Origin: Octopus sinensis
Lineage: Eukaryota
DNA length: 64,000 bases
Direction: 5' to 3'
Assembly (NCBI RefSeq): GCF_006345805.1
Contig: NC_042997.1
Span: 126,480,001 to 126,544,000 of the forward strand
In this document: piece by piece, positions 40,880 through 54,057 of the stretch
Layout: every line of letters starts with the position of its first letter
How positions within the stretch are numbered: the first letter of the stretch is position 1
Notes under the pieces: generated by a model
The model's input: the letters and a program-made list of their open reading frames with translations, nothing else
Told to the model about the DNA's origin: nothing
Database searches by the model: none
Made by a program: the position numbers and the translations under genes

Positions 40880-41700
40880 GGTGTCTTTCAGTCAAAATAC
40901 CTTTCAGCTTCTCTTATCTTTCCTTTTGCATGTTTGGATTTCATATGATGGTTCATATTCATTTTGCTAGATCCAATAGAGTAATGATTCTCATGTGTTT
41001 CAGATGCCATTAAGTTTAAGTAAGAGGTAAATATAACTTTGTGTCTGTTGGTTTATGATATACACTTGTTTTCACCCTAATCAATTGTTTTCTAAAAAGG
41101 TTGTTATGTATTTGTCATACTCAGTCATAAAATGGATGTTATTGTTAATACTAGTTATGAGAGTTTTAAATTTGGAAAGTCTATTCAATTTTTGTTCCCA
41201 TTAGTCTAAATATCTTTCCCAGTTTTCCATTAAGTAATTGCCTATATGTTTCATATATTTTCCTCTTGGCATATGTTGGGGTTATTTTGGTTCACATTGC
41301 TGCTCTAAATTTTTGTTGTGTAATGTTTGATTAAAATTATAAAAAAAAAATTGCTGAATAAATTGAAGTCCTTCAATAATAAATGCATTTTATGTGATCT
41401 GGTAATTCATGAGAACATTTATTAAACCAAAAATACTTGCTTCTGTTCCATATTCATGCAATATATTTGTATACAAGTTAACCACATCAAAAGAATCTAT
41501 TAAGGTTTCTTCATTTGTTGTACATGGAAAGTGGTTTAATATATATCCAAGTCATCTCTTGTGTTGCTTTGTATATGTTTCAAATATACTTTTGCAATAT
41601 GTCTGAAAATTTACTCACTCGATTGATGTCACTAGATGGACCTGCCTCTATTAGTTTTAATTCTAATGTAAATATCAACATTTGGGAAGACACAGTTGTC
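40880..41700 (-). mobile_element. Highly decayed second Penelope-like RT remnant
   Basis: Minus-strand motifs ETLIDSFDVVNLYTNI, AAM*TKITPTYA, NWERYLD*, SVYHKPTDTKLYL in the expected order. Confidence 0.8.
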
Positions 41701-42058
41701 CTCTTCTCTGAATATTTGAAGTAAATAGCCTTACCTGCTTCGTTATCAAGTGTGTCAAAAAATGAGACTATTTTAAGTGGATACACTATAGTATATCTTA
41801 ACAGAAAGCTAACATCCAGACATTACACATGCATAGTACAATAACCATCTTTTATAATGAGTAAAACTGATACATAAGAATGTAGTTTGGCACATATAAT
41901 AATGTATTTGAGACAGTTTGACTGTAATAATGTATTTTGGAATAATATTAATCAATTATGAATCATAAAGAATTGTTCATATTCATTTCTTTATTATTTT
42001 TACCTCATATGTGTGTGTGTATATGTGTGTATGTATATATATGTATATATATACATAC

Positions 42059-42105
<47 letters not shown>

Positions 42106-42229
42106 GTATATTCCATTACATATATGTGTACATAGATATATGCAATGGAAAATGTACAAGTGATGCATTTCTTTAGAATAATTGATGCATCAGCTCTTTA
42201 CAATTTTGCAATAAGTGCATTTTCTTAAC

Positions 42230-42665
42230 TTTTCAACATAAAACTGGGTGTTGCTGATAATTATATGATCGATTCTTTTCGATATAGGCTCCATACAATG
42301 TTACAAAAATGGAGCTGCTGTTTTTGAAACTTATCTTTAAGTCTGTTAAACACCATTGCTTGTATTTATCGAACACAATCTCCTAGAATTCTCATCCGAA
42401 CCAGCCTGCCAGTATGCACTATTTAAGTTAATTAAAGAAAAAAAAAACTTTACTCCCTATACATCAGCGAATATTGTTTTATGATACTGAGTTCAATGGA
42501 AGAAGTTTGCGTCTTCTCATTGAAGCGTACTTTGTAATTAATGCACAATCTTAATTTGCCATCTTTTTTCACACCCAAATTATTGGCGATGTCTTGTAGA
42601 CACCTTCATATGGTTATGAGGTTGTAATTCCCATTAGTTGAAGTTTATGAAGTACATTTTCAACC
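42230..42665 (-). mobile_element. Ty3/Gypsy reverse-transcriptase remnant
   Basis: TSPIIWV..KDGKLRLCINYKV and FFSLINLNSAYWQ...ENSRRLCSINTSNG, with stops and a frameshift. Confidence 0.8.
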
Positions 42666-43842
42666 TTAATTTAAAGTGTACTGGAAGGAAATGTGTATGA
42701 CAAAAAGGTTATATTTTCAGTTATCTTCATCTTATGTCTTTCACTTGCTTCAGTCATTGGACTACAGCCATGAAGGGTTTCAGGTGAACAAAATCGACCT
42801 TCGTACTTATTTTTAAGCCTAGGACTTCTTTTAATTGTTTTTTCTCCCTGAACTGCTAAGTTATGGAGACATAAACAAGCCAGTACCAATTGTGAAGCAG
42901 TGGAAGTCTGGGGATGAATACAGATACAAAGACAGACAGACACACATATATACGATGAGCTTCCACACAGTTTTCTTCTACCAAATTCACTTACAAGGCA
43001 TTGGTCAACCCTGGGCTATAGTAGAAAATACTTGCTCAAGGTGCCACACAGTGGGACTGAACCTAAAACCATATGGTTGCAATAAGCAAGCTTCTTACTT
43101 GTACAGTCATGTCCAAGCCAATCACAAATGCATTGGTGGCAGGGAACTCATGTCAGGTGGAGGCATGGCCGTGTTGAGCAGAAGCCAATACAATGAAATT
43201 TTCATGTTGTAATATTTGAGACATAGTAAATAATCAGAGGTAGTAATTACAAAGCTTTCAAAATGTCTGAACTAATTAAACCAATCTTATAAGAGCTATT
43301 AACCACAAGAAAGCTGAAATATTGTCTGTTTATTAATTTTTGGTTTTGTACCACCAAAGCTGTAGTAGTGCCAGTTACCTCCTGTTTTGATCTATCACAG
43401 AAAAATTTAAATGTCTCTCTGAGATATGTTGATTAGCAGTAACTTTGTGAACAGTATAGTCAGAATGGTGGACCATGCCATACCAATTCAATATTTAGTT
43501 GAATTTTCAGCAAGATGATTATTCAATTTACAATGAACTTAATGTATATTGTCATTTGTGCCAAAACTTACATTCAAAGTTATTTCCCCATCCTCAAACT
43601 ACAACTCACAACCTTTAGCATTAATATAATGCACACGCTTAGTAGAATATAATGGTTTGACTTATGGAATGCACAAGAGTGGCTGTGTGGTAAGTAGCTT
43701 GCTTCCCAACCACATAGTTCCAGGTTCAGTCCTACAGATTGGCACCTTAGGCAAGTGTCTTCTACTACACCCTTGGGCCAACCAAAGCCTTGTGAGTGAA
43801 TTTGGTAGACAAAAACTAAAAGTAGCCTGTCATATATATATA

Positions 43843-44551
43843 TATCTGTAAATGTAATATGTGACAATTATTCAGTAGTCATGATAAAACTCTGAGTTTT
43901 GGATGTCAGGGTGGAAATCTACGCTGCCATCTCTTCAGTTATCCAGCCATCAAATAATTGTCACATATCTATATAAAACTGTAGTTGTGTGAGTGTCTGT
44001 CCCCTTCGATTTAGATTCCTAACTACTCCCACATTTTGCGGTGCAGTTTAACCAAATTCGGGTATCTTATAGTCATGATTCATATCGAGCTTGTCTGAGT
44101 ATTAGCGCACGTCTACGATGAGTCTGCGATTTTAAAAATAATTTAACATAATTTTTTATTCCATTTTAATGCATAATTTTTCGTGTGTCGATGGCGGCGG
44201 AGTTGGCGTCCATGGTCACACCTGCACCTGTTTGCTTCTCCCCCTTCTTCCCTCCCTCGTGAAGCTGTGGGGAAGGGAGTGTAAGGAAATCAATGTCGTA
44301 AAGCGTTGTCAAGGAGACCAGCGTTCTTTTAGAACAACGACTTCATGGCTTGAAGACACCAAAACAGAAATGGCTAAGAAAGCCCGAATTGGCATCTATA
44401 AGGGAAGTAACTCTCTAAAAATGCTTATATAGTTATTTCCCTTACAAACCCGAGCAACGCCGGGCGATACTGCTAGTTACATTTACAGATAAATCACTCT
44501 ATTTACATAATATCGAAGTTTCTTTCATTCTTTTGTTGTCTTACCATTTCT

Positions 44552-44555
<4 letters not shown>
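43843..44555. repeat. Head-to-head inverted pair of a short hammerhead-bearing repeat, right arm split by the Helitron
   Basis: tatctgtaaatgtaatatgtgacaattatt (43843-43872) is complementary to aataattgtcacata|ttacatttacagata once the Helitron is removed. A single-orientation copy lies at 58285-58460. Confidence 0.8.
43968..44476 (+). mobile_element. Non-autonomous Helitron, 509 bp
   Basis: A|TCTATATAA 5' end; GC hairpin cccgagcaacgccggg about 10 nt before CTAG|T; inserted in an AT dinucleotide with no TSD. Confidence 0.9.
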
Positions 44556-44591
<36 letters not shown>

Positions 44592-45229
44592 CACACATAT
44601 ATATATTTGTGTGTCTGTGTTTGTCCCCACATCATTGCTTGACAACTGAAGTTGGTTTGTTTACATCCCCATCAGCAAAAGAGACTGATAGAATAAGTAC
44701 AAAGCTTATAAAGAATAAGTCATGGGGTTGATTTATTAATGGCAATGCTCCAGCATGACTGCAGTCAAATGACAAAAACAACTAAAAGAAAGAGTTTAAA
44801 AATATGGGTCAATTTATCATAAAGCATTTTGTCCATGTGTAGGACAGGGCCCAGAAGAATGTGATGATCTACTATTGGTTTCAAATTTTGACACAAGGTC
44901 AGCAATTTCAGGGGAGGCATTAAGTTGATTATATTGAACCCAAGGCTCAAGTGGTCCTTATCTTATTGACCTCGAAAAGACAAAAGGCAAAATCAGCCTT
45001 GACAGAATTTGAACTCAGAATCATGCCTGGCATGCTGATGATTCTGTCAGCTTGTTGCTCTTGTGATGAATATTATATTTTGCCTTTACTTAGTTGCTGT
45101 TGATTAAATCTTTCATGTCAAGAGTCCTAGTTTATATCATGAAAGGACATACTTCTGTATTAGAACTAAGCTGTATTATGGATTCAAGAGTAAATATTTG
45201 CTCTGGCTACATCACTACAACAAATCTAA

Positions 45230-45742
45230 TGATGTTTGAGACGGAATATTTAGGTGATATCCTTGGACAATTGATGATTTTTATTTTTGTTTAAGCATAA
45301 TAACCAGTTCCATTAAGATCTAATTCCATAAGCTCTTCTCTGGGTCATCTCTGATTACATAAAGAAGCAGGCATATTGAACCTTAGCAAGAAATCATTAG
45401 CTGCTGCTTCTTGTTTTTGCTTCAAGTCCAAAAATTTTAACCTTTCTGAGATGGTAAGTCATTCTTCAGATTTGGATATTTTTTCAACTGAAAATTTAAA
45501 ATCTTCAGTTGCTGTAGGATACAGAACATCTTTTAGTTTGATGATTGCATTAATGCCACATTATGGAAGGAATCTTGGTTTAACCAGTTCAGGCTTAGTG
45601 TCATCTATAAGCAGTTTTGAGTTAAACAGCATTAACATTGCATCCATTTCTTCAGCATTATCAAGATTTAACTGTTTATTAAACTCCAGCTTAGAATCAT
45701 TAGCTGATTATTAGAGTTACAAATCTTTGACATCAGTTGTCA
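45230..45742 (-). mobile_element. Ty3/Gypsy gag-like remnant with a possible PBS and 5'-LTR end
   Basis: CGINAIIKLKDVLYPT...LTISERLKFLDLKQKQE; upstream tgaca|actgatgtcaaaga resembles the LTR-end/PBS junction aca-actggtgtcagaa. Confidence 0.55.
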
Positions 45743-47516
45743 GATTTAATATTACTATATAAATCCACAACAGTCAGGAAGGATACAATTTCAAATCCTC
45801 AAATGTCATTGACAACTGTGTATCATTGTTCACCAGCATCATCCAGTCAACAAACCATAAAACTGATTCTACAGGGAAATAGCAAACCATATTATTCATG
45901 GGTATATATTAACAATAGAACAGAACAAACTAAGCAATTTTTTCAAATGCTTTATAGGCACAGGCATGGTTGTATTCTAAGAATTTTGCTTCCTAACCTC
46001 ATGGTTCCAGGATTCAGTTCCACTGCATTGCTTTGCATCTTGTGCAAGTGCATTCTGCTATAACCCCCAGGCTGACCAAAGCCTTGTGAGTGGATTTGGT
46101 AGATGGAAACTGAAAGACGCTTATAATATATATTTATTTATGTGTGTGTGTCTTTGCATTTTTGTATTTGCCACTCACCACTGCCTGACAGCTGGTGTTG
46201 GTGTGTTTATATCCCTGTGACATAGTGGTTCAGCAAAAGACTTAAAGCAAGAAAAAACACTTGGTTTAACTTGTTTGACTAAAATTTGTCAAGGAGGTCC
46301 ATGGCCTAGTGGTTAGAGCAGCTGACTCATGGTCAAGAGATCGCGAGTTCGAATCTCAGACCAGGCGATGTGTGTGTTTATGAGTGAAACACCTAAGCTC
46401 CACGCGGCTCCAGCAGAAGGTAATGGCAAACTTCTGCCACAACTTTCTCTCACTCTTTCCGCCTGCATCTTGCAGCTCACCTGCAACAGACTGGCACCCC
46501 ATCCAGGTGGGGAATCTATACACCAAGGAAACTGGGAAACCGGCCTTATGAGCCAGGCGTGGCTCGAGAAGGAACAAACAACAAAAAACAAAATTTGTAA
46601 AGGCAGTACCCTAGCATGGCTGCAGTCTAATGACTGGAACAAGTAAAAGCTAAAATATATATATAAATATATCATCATCATCATCATCATCATCCCCACC
46701 ACCACTGCCGCCGCCACCACCACCGCCACCACCACCACAACCACAACCACAACCACCACCATCATCATTTAACATCTATGTTCCATGGTGGCATGGTTTG
46801 AATGGTTTCACATGATCTGATGGGTACAAGGACTGCATCTTGCTCCTGTGCTTGCTTAGGCATGGTTGCTACTCCTGGATGCCCTTCATGACAGTACTCT
46901 GGGTGCATTTTTTCATGCCCCTAGCTCTAGTTAGGTTGTCATGCAGCTTGCAAGACTACAAAACCCGAGACAGAGATGGGTGAGTGGCTTTATGCGACAA
47001 AATGAGAAGTTACAGTATGAGAGAAGAGAGGTCCAGGGTGCAGCTGTCACCTTTAAATGAGTATGGTTTGGTAAGTTATACATTGCTTTCTTTAAGTGTT
47101 TTAGGTGCTTATGTAGTTGGGAGCATACATTAGACATGCCCTTGATTCTCCCACACTTTGACCCAATGTCACATCCAGGGTGACTTAGGTTCTCAGGTTC
47201 TTGCATGATGTGCTGAGGTGATAGCCTTGTTTATAATTATCCTTTCAATCTCTCAAATGGCCCAAATTCACGTCACCTCAATACTACTCTCTCCTTTCAG
47301 TTGAGGGATTCTTATTCTGCAAGTTACTTGGTGATTCTGTTGGTGCTGGTGCCATGTAAAAAGCACCCAGTACACTATGTAGAGTGGTTGGTGTTAGGAA
47401 GGGCATCCAGCTGTAGAAACTAATTGAAAACAGATTATGGAACCTAATGCAGCTCCTAGCCATAACAGCTCCGGTCGAATCATCCACCTCATGCCAGCAT
47501 GGAAAATGGACGTTAA

Positions 47517-47548
<32 letters not shown>

Positions 47549-48091
47549 ATATATATGTATATTTCCTAATTATCAGACTGGACATGTACACACACACACA
47601 CACACGCACACACACACACACACACATACATCTGCACACACACACATACACACACATACACACATGCACACTCCCTCACATACACACACACTCACATACA
47701 CATACACACTCACATGCATACAACCTCACACATACACACATACTCATACATGCACACACACACACACTCTCTCTCACACACACACTCACATGCACGTACA
47801 CTCACACACACATACACTCACACACATACACACTCACACATACACACACATGCGTGCGCACACACACACACTCACACTTTTTGTCCTTCAGTTACAAAGA
47901 ACCATGCTAGCAATTTAAGCTGGATAATCTTCAAAATTTCTTCTGGCAAAATAATATGGGAACAACTATTGCAATTTTTGAAAGAAACCCCAAAATTGAA
48001 TAGGCTTGAAGCCACAAAAATACACTAAAAGAAAAAAAAAGAACTGGTTCAGTCCTCCTTTCAATTAGTATAGAGACAAATACAAAAAATA

Positions 48092-48128
<37 letters not shown>

Positions 48129-48432
48129 ATGTGTGCATGTGCATGCACATATCTTTTATTTTTTATTTTCTTAATCATTAGCCTGTGGCCATGCTGGGGC
48201 ACCTCCTTGAATAATTTTTAGTCAAAGAAATCCCCCCTGGGAATAACTACTATCATTTTACAAAGAAGCCCCAAAATTGAATAAACTTGAAACCACACAA
48301 ATGAACTAAAAAAATATACTAAATCAATCTGGTTCAATCCTCCTTTCCGTCTCTACAGAGGCAAACGCCAGAATTACACACACGTGCATACACATGTCTT
48401 TTATTTTTTTATCTTTTACTTGTTTCAGTCAT

Positions 48433-48527
<95 letters not shown>

Positions 48528-48776
48528 TGTGTGTGTGTAGATATATATATATAAAAAGTCATCGCCAAGCTAACATGGCAGTCCAGGAAAATAGGATGAA
48601 TGCTGCCATTGCTTAGCTCCAAGAGGCCATTCGCCTCTAGCTAGCTATATGACACACAAACCTGTGTCCATTACAACCTTCGAACAGGAAGGTCAGCAGC
48701 TTCTTCTTGCTGGTTCAACATCCACAGACTAGTTTGGAGTGATTGGCCCTTCTCTATATGGAGTCACAGAACCTAG

Positions 48777-48820
<44 letters not shown>

Positions 48821-49020
48821 GTCATTATCATCAACGTTTAACGTCTGCTTTCCATGCTAGCATGGGTTGGACGATTTTGACTGAGAGCTGGCGAACCAGA
48901 TGGCTGCACCAGGCTCCAATCTTGATCTGGCAGAGTTTCTACAGCTGGATGCCCTTCTTAACACCAACCACTCCGAGAGTGTAGTGGGTGCTTTTTACAT
49001 GCCATATATGTATATATATA

Positions 49021-49052
<32 letters not shown>

Positions 49053-49453
49053 CATATATATATGCCTGTGTGCATATATGTGTGAACATATATATCATCA
49101 TCATTGTTTAATGTCCGCTTTCCATGCTGGTATGGGTTTGATGGTTTTGACTGAGGTTTGGTAAGGTACTTTTAAATAGGCCGGTTATGTGACATTGGCA
49201 TCTGCCATAGCTATGATCTCAGTTGGCTTGCTGGGTCTTCTCAAACACAGCATAGCTCCAAAGGTCTCGCCCACTTGGCATTGCTTCTGTGAGGCCGAAT
49301 GTTTGAGGGTCATGCTTTACAACCTCATTCCATGTCTTCCTGGGTCTACCTCTTCTTCAGGTTCCCTCCACTGTTAGAGTGTGACACTTCTTCACACAGC
49401 TGTCCTCAATATATATATATACACACACACACATACATATACATATATATGTA

Positions 49454-49489
<36 letters not shown>

Positions 49490-50214
49490 GGTGTCTTTAA
49501 AAATGTCTTTGCAAAGAATTTTTGATATAGTTGCAATATTTGAAGAAAGATTTTCTTTTCTTAAATTAAAATTTTGAATTATATAAAAGAAATCTTGAAA
49601 AGTAAAAAAAAAAGAACGATACACACTTTTTGGAAGGAAGTTTCTGAATTGTGTATAGGCAATTCCGTTGTTTACAGCTAGACATTTCTGTGTGAATGGA
49701 AAATTCAAAATATTTTCTATTTTTTTTTGCAATAAAGTTAAAAAACGATCAACTCTGAAAGGTAAATGAAAAAATACCTTATAAGAATTTTAAATCCAAA
49801 GTTAAATTGGAAATACTCAACACTACTATGAAGAATGAATTCTTCTCTGCAGATTACTCAACTACATGTATTTTTGAAAAACTGTAAGCAGTGAAAGCAC
49901 TTATGCATAGTATGAAAACTTCCTTCCAAAAATTTTATGTCGTGTTTGTTTTAATATAATTAACAATTTTTTATTTAAGAAAATTTTTCTTTGAAAACAC
50001 ACATATGTATGTGCATGTCTAGACATGCAATTATATGCATGAAAATACATACATGATACAAAACATACAAATCTGCACATGCACAGACACAAAATACTAC
50101 ACATATACATACATACAAAAATACTAAGTTATGTTGTTGAACTTTCAATGAAGGAGCCTTGGATCTAGGTTACAAACTGGCTCTTTCTCTTTTGGCAAGA
50201 AATCTTGAAATAAA

Positions 50215-50444
50215 GGCGGTGAGCTGGCAGAATTGTTAGCGCACCAGAAGAAATGCTTAGCAGTATGTCGTCTGCTGTTACGTTCTGAGTTCAAATTCCG
50301 CCAAGGTCGACTTTGCCTTTCATCCTTTTGGGGTCTATAAATTAAGTTCCAGTTATGCACTGGGATCGATTTAATCGACTTAATCCCTTTCTCTGTCCTT
50401 GTTTGTCCCCTCTATGTTTAGCCCATTGTGGGCAATAAGGAAAT
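50215..50444 (+). mobile_element. SINE family B (Nin/Deu-domain-like gcctttcatccttt.ggggtcgataa) with an 18-bp TSD
   Basis: aagaaatcttgaaataaa at 50197-50214 and 50445-50462. Other copies at ~17470-17670, 19170-19408, 19410-19600, 37545-37675 and 61798-62030. Confidence 0.88.
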
Positions 50445-51109
50445 AAGAAATCTTGAAATAAAACTGAATAATTACATCCCTCCATCTATCCAGGCATCCC
50501 TCCATCTATCCATCCATCTATCCAGCCATACATGCGTACATGTGTGTATACAGTGCTTGATTGCATTCCACCCGAGCAAGCACCCACACACAACTGTTGT
50601 TGAAAAATATTTAATTACATATTAATTATAAAAAAAAATATTTAATTATATTATAATTATAAAGAATAACATTGTATAATGTCATAGAAATGTAAACTCA
50701 GCAACTTAAAGCTGGCGTCTGGTGCAGAAACAAATGTTGTGATCTGCTATTAAAGCCTAGTATATTCCACCCTTGTGTTATATCATTCTTCCACACATAC
50801 ATACATGCATACATACATACATACATACTACATACATACATACATACATACATACACACATACATATATACATACATACATACATGCATACATACATACA
50901 TACATACATACATACATACATGCATGCATACATACATACATGCATACATACATACATCATACATATATACATACATACATACATACATATAAATATGAAT
51001 GTACACACACACACACATACATATGCATTTCCTTTTATCTAATATTTAATAATATATCCTAAATCCTCCCTCTTTCATCTCCACCAGTGCCTAAAGAAAC
51101 ACCTTTCCA

Positions 51110-53125
51110 TGCTTCCTTTCCACTGCTTTCAACCTTCTATTAATGTTTCCCTACTGATTTTCAGAAAAAACACACTTCTGTAGTCATGTTTCCTTTCTCA
51201 GTCACTGCCTTCACCACCACCTCATCTCCAAAGGTTTCCACCTCCGTTTCCGCCATACTTTCCATTTTGCCTCTGCCATCTTATCCATACTCTGCACCAC
51301 TTCCTACCATCTTATGCATGATCCATTCTAATCACTCTAAAATACACACCCTCAACTGCCTTCTTCCTCTTGCTTATTCCACCTTCGTTTTCTGCTGCAC
51401 ATTCCATCTTTTGTTTCATACTCCATCTAAACCATAATTTCCACAATTTTCTCGCTCACACCAAACAACATAAACTCCACTCACTCTTTCCTCCTGTCTC
51501 ACCCAATGCCACTACACCCCCTCCATACCCCATCCCCATCCATTCCTCACTCATCCTCACTCCCACCCTTCCATGCACTATTTCCTCCTCTCTCTCATCC
51601 CAGCCTTCCATCACTTCCACCCCTCCCCCACTTTAGTCTGTTGTTACTATTCCTCTTCTTGGAAGTGGGGTGTTCTCTTCTCAAAACAGGTCTGTGCTTC
51701 ATCCTCCTCAGTAATGAGTTTCAGACCTGTACTGATATTCATAGCCTTGTGCACTGCATCAGGCCACGTGCACTATTCCACTACACTCTACCTGCATCTA
51801 ATGATGAAAACTGCTACACTAGCCTGGGTTGCCAATCATCCCACTGGATGCCAGCTCCTGGCCAGTTCCAAGCAGTTGATCATTTTACAAGCATCCACCG
51901 TGTTGTGGACCAGTTCAACTTTCAGAGGCGTCCCCAACATTTCAACGTCTCCCTCGCCAAACTCTGGGCTCTTTGATGTCTCCTACACCACAAATATATC
52001 GTTATAAAACTGGCCAACAAGGGTAGAGCTGTGGTTACAAGGTTGAGGCTCTCCACAAACTTCAAGACACCTCCTTCTATTGCCCTCTGCTCTCCAACCC
52101 CGATGCCCACCAACAGACTGTGTCCTCCACTGTTCATTACCTCATTTCCTCCTCCTGTCTTCTTCCCACCTCCTCCAACCTCATTGTCTGCACTCCACAC
52201 ATCCCCACTATTTACTTCCTTCCCAAAATTCACAAGCCCAACAATCCTGGCCACGCCATCATTTCCACCTGCAACCGCTCCATGGAAATGATCTCCAAAT
52301 ACCTCGACCATGTTTGTGCCTCACCTAGCGACTTCCCTCCCCTCCCACAACACTAACCATGCTCTCCATCTGTTTAACTATTTCTCGTTCCCATCCTCAT
52401 CCTCTAAATTTCTGTTCACTCTTGGTATCAGAAGTTTTTATATGGTGATCCCACACAACAAAGAGCTTCTTGCACTCAAACACCTTCTAGACCTTCAGGC
52501 TAACCCTCAGCTTGACATCTTCACACTTCTTCATCTGGCCGAACTTGTTCTCTCTCTCAACTGCTTCATGTTCATGGGGAAATTTTTACCAACAGATCTT
52601 AGGAGTGGCCATGGGAACAAGAGTGGGCCCCAACTATGCAGACTTGTTCATTGACTATGTCAAGGCCCAAATATTCTCCCAATTCACTGGTCCCACTCCC
52701 GAACTATATGGTTATTATATCAATGACTGTATCAGTGTGATCTCACTCTCCCATGAACAACTAGACTCCTTCCTCTCTTTTGTCCAATCCTTCTATCCTG
52801 TCCTTGAATTCTCCTGCACTGTCTCTAACTCCTTTATCTACACTTCTAGTAATGTCATTTACTGCATCTCCTGCTCTCTCTGTCCTTCCCTGTATATCAG
52901 TCAAATGGGATGCTGCTTGACTGACTGGTTCATGGAGCACCTCTGAGACATCAGACATGGCCATGACACCCTGATCTCATGCCATTTCCACTCTACTGAT
53001 CATTCACTACAACATCTGTCTGTGTTCAGATTATCTTTGCACTGGGGTCACCTGGACTCCTGCCTTCGCCATGAACAAGAACTGATCTTCTCTTGTTGCT
53101 CTTTTGCTCCACACAAACTTAACTC
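51110..53125 (+). mobile_element. Degenerate Penelope-like retroelement (RT plus GIY-YIG), internally deleted
   Basis: IKLANKGRAVV, YFLPKIHKPNNPG, GVAMGTRVGPNYADLF, YYINDC (YIDD-like), then SSNVIYCISCSLCPSLYISQ...FMEHL (GIY-YIG). The 5' boundary is approximate. Confidence 0.88.
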
Positions 53126-53899
53126 GCCTCCCCTCTTTATCTGACACCAACCTCACCTCCTCTCCTCATTTGACACCAACCCCACACCACTCCAGACACT
53201 AGTACTAACCACTTCTTAACACCTACACTACACACCATCATCCACACACCCACACACAAACGTCCATACATCATCTTCAATACTGTCACCACGCATACCA
53301 CTATATGAGCAGACAGATGCACTGTTTAACTCAGTACACATGCCACACATCACCACGCATGCTCCCACACCCACACAAACATATTACCCAAACACAGACA
53401 ATATATACACCTACACAAGCACATATCTGAACATAGACAGTATATATATGCACACTCAACTCACATTAACACACACAACATGCATAGACAAAAATATCTT
53501 TCACCCACATACACTATACACATGCACACGGTTTGGTCACACTCACGCATGCACACACACATACACACATATGCACACAGTATGTGAAAAAGCATACATC
53601 AACTGCTACACACCACAAACATGTTACACATGCACACAAAAACACACGTTTACACATGCACACACTTACATTATACATGTACACACACACACTCACACAT
53701 GTCAGAGTCACTTGCCCCTATTCACACACATACACATACTCACGCACACCATTCTCACATACACATACACGCATGCACACCTCTTGTTGGGATCACTAGC
53801 ACTGTTATTATCTCCCTTTCATTCAACCTCTCTTTTTAATTATTATCTCCCTTTCATTATCCTCTTTTTTGTTCCAATCATTCGCCACACTGGATTCCA

Positions 53900-54050
53900 T
53901 TCTCTCTGTGTTTAATTCCTCTTACTCCTTTCTGTTGAAGAACCTGAGCTTGAAATGTAAAAGACTTTTTCATTTTTCCTGAGCATCAAACTAATACATT
54001 TTCTTGTTCATACACCTGTCTTTGTCTTTTATTTGCCTATAAATTTCAAC
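53900..54050 (+). mobile_element. Pseudo-LTR/3' tail copy downstream of the PLE, with a decayed hammerhead-like motif at 53928-53963
   Basis: cttt CTGTTGA a gaac-ctga-gctt GAAA T GT A aaag, followed by the same tail as the 21.3 kb and 31.3 kb copies. A weaker copy lies at ~35770-35920. Confidence 0.65.
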
Positions 54051-54057
54051 TACATAA

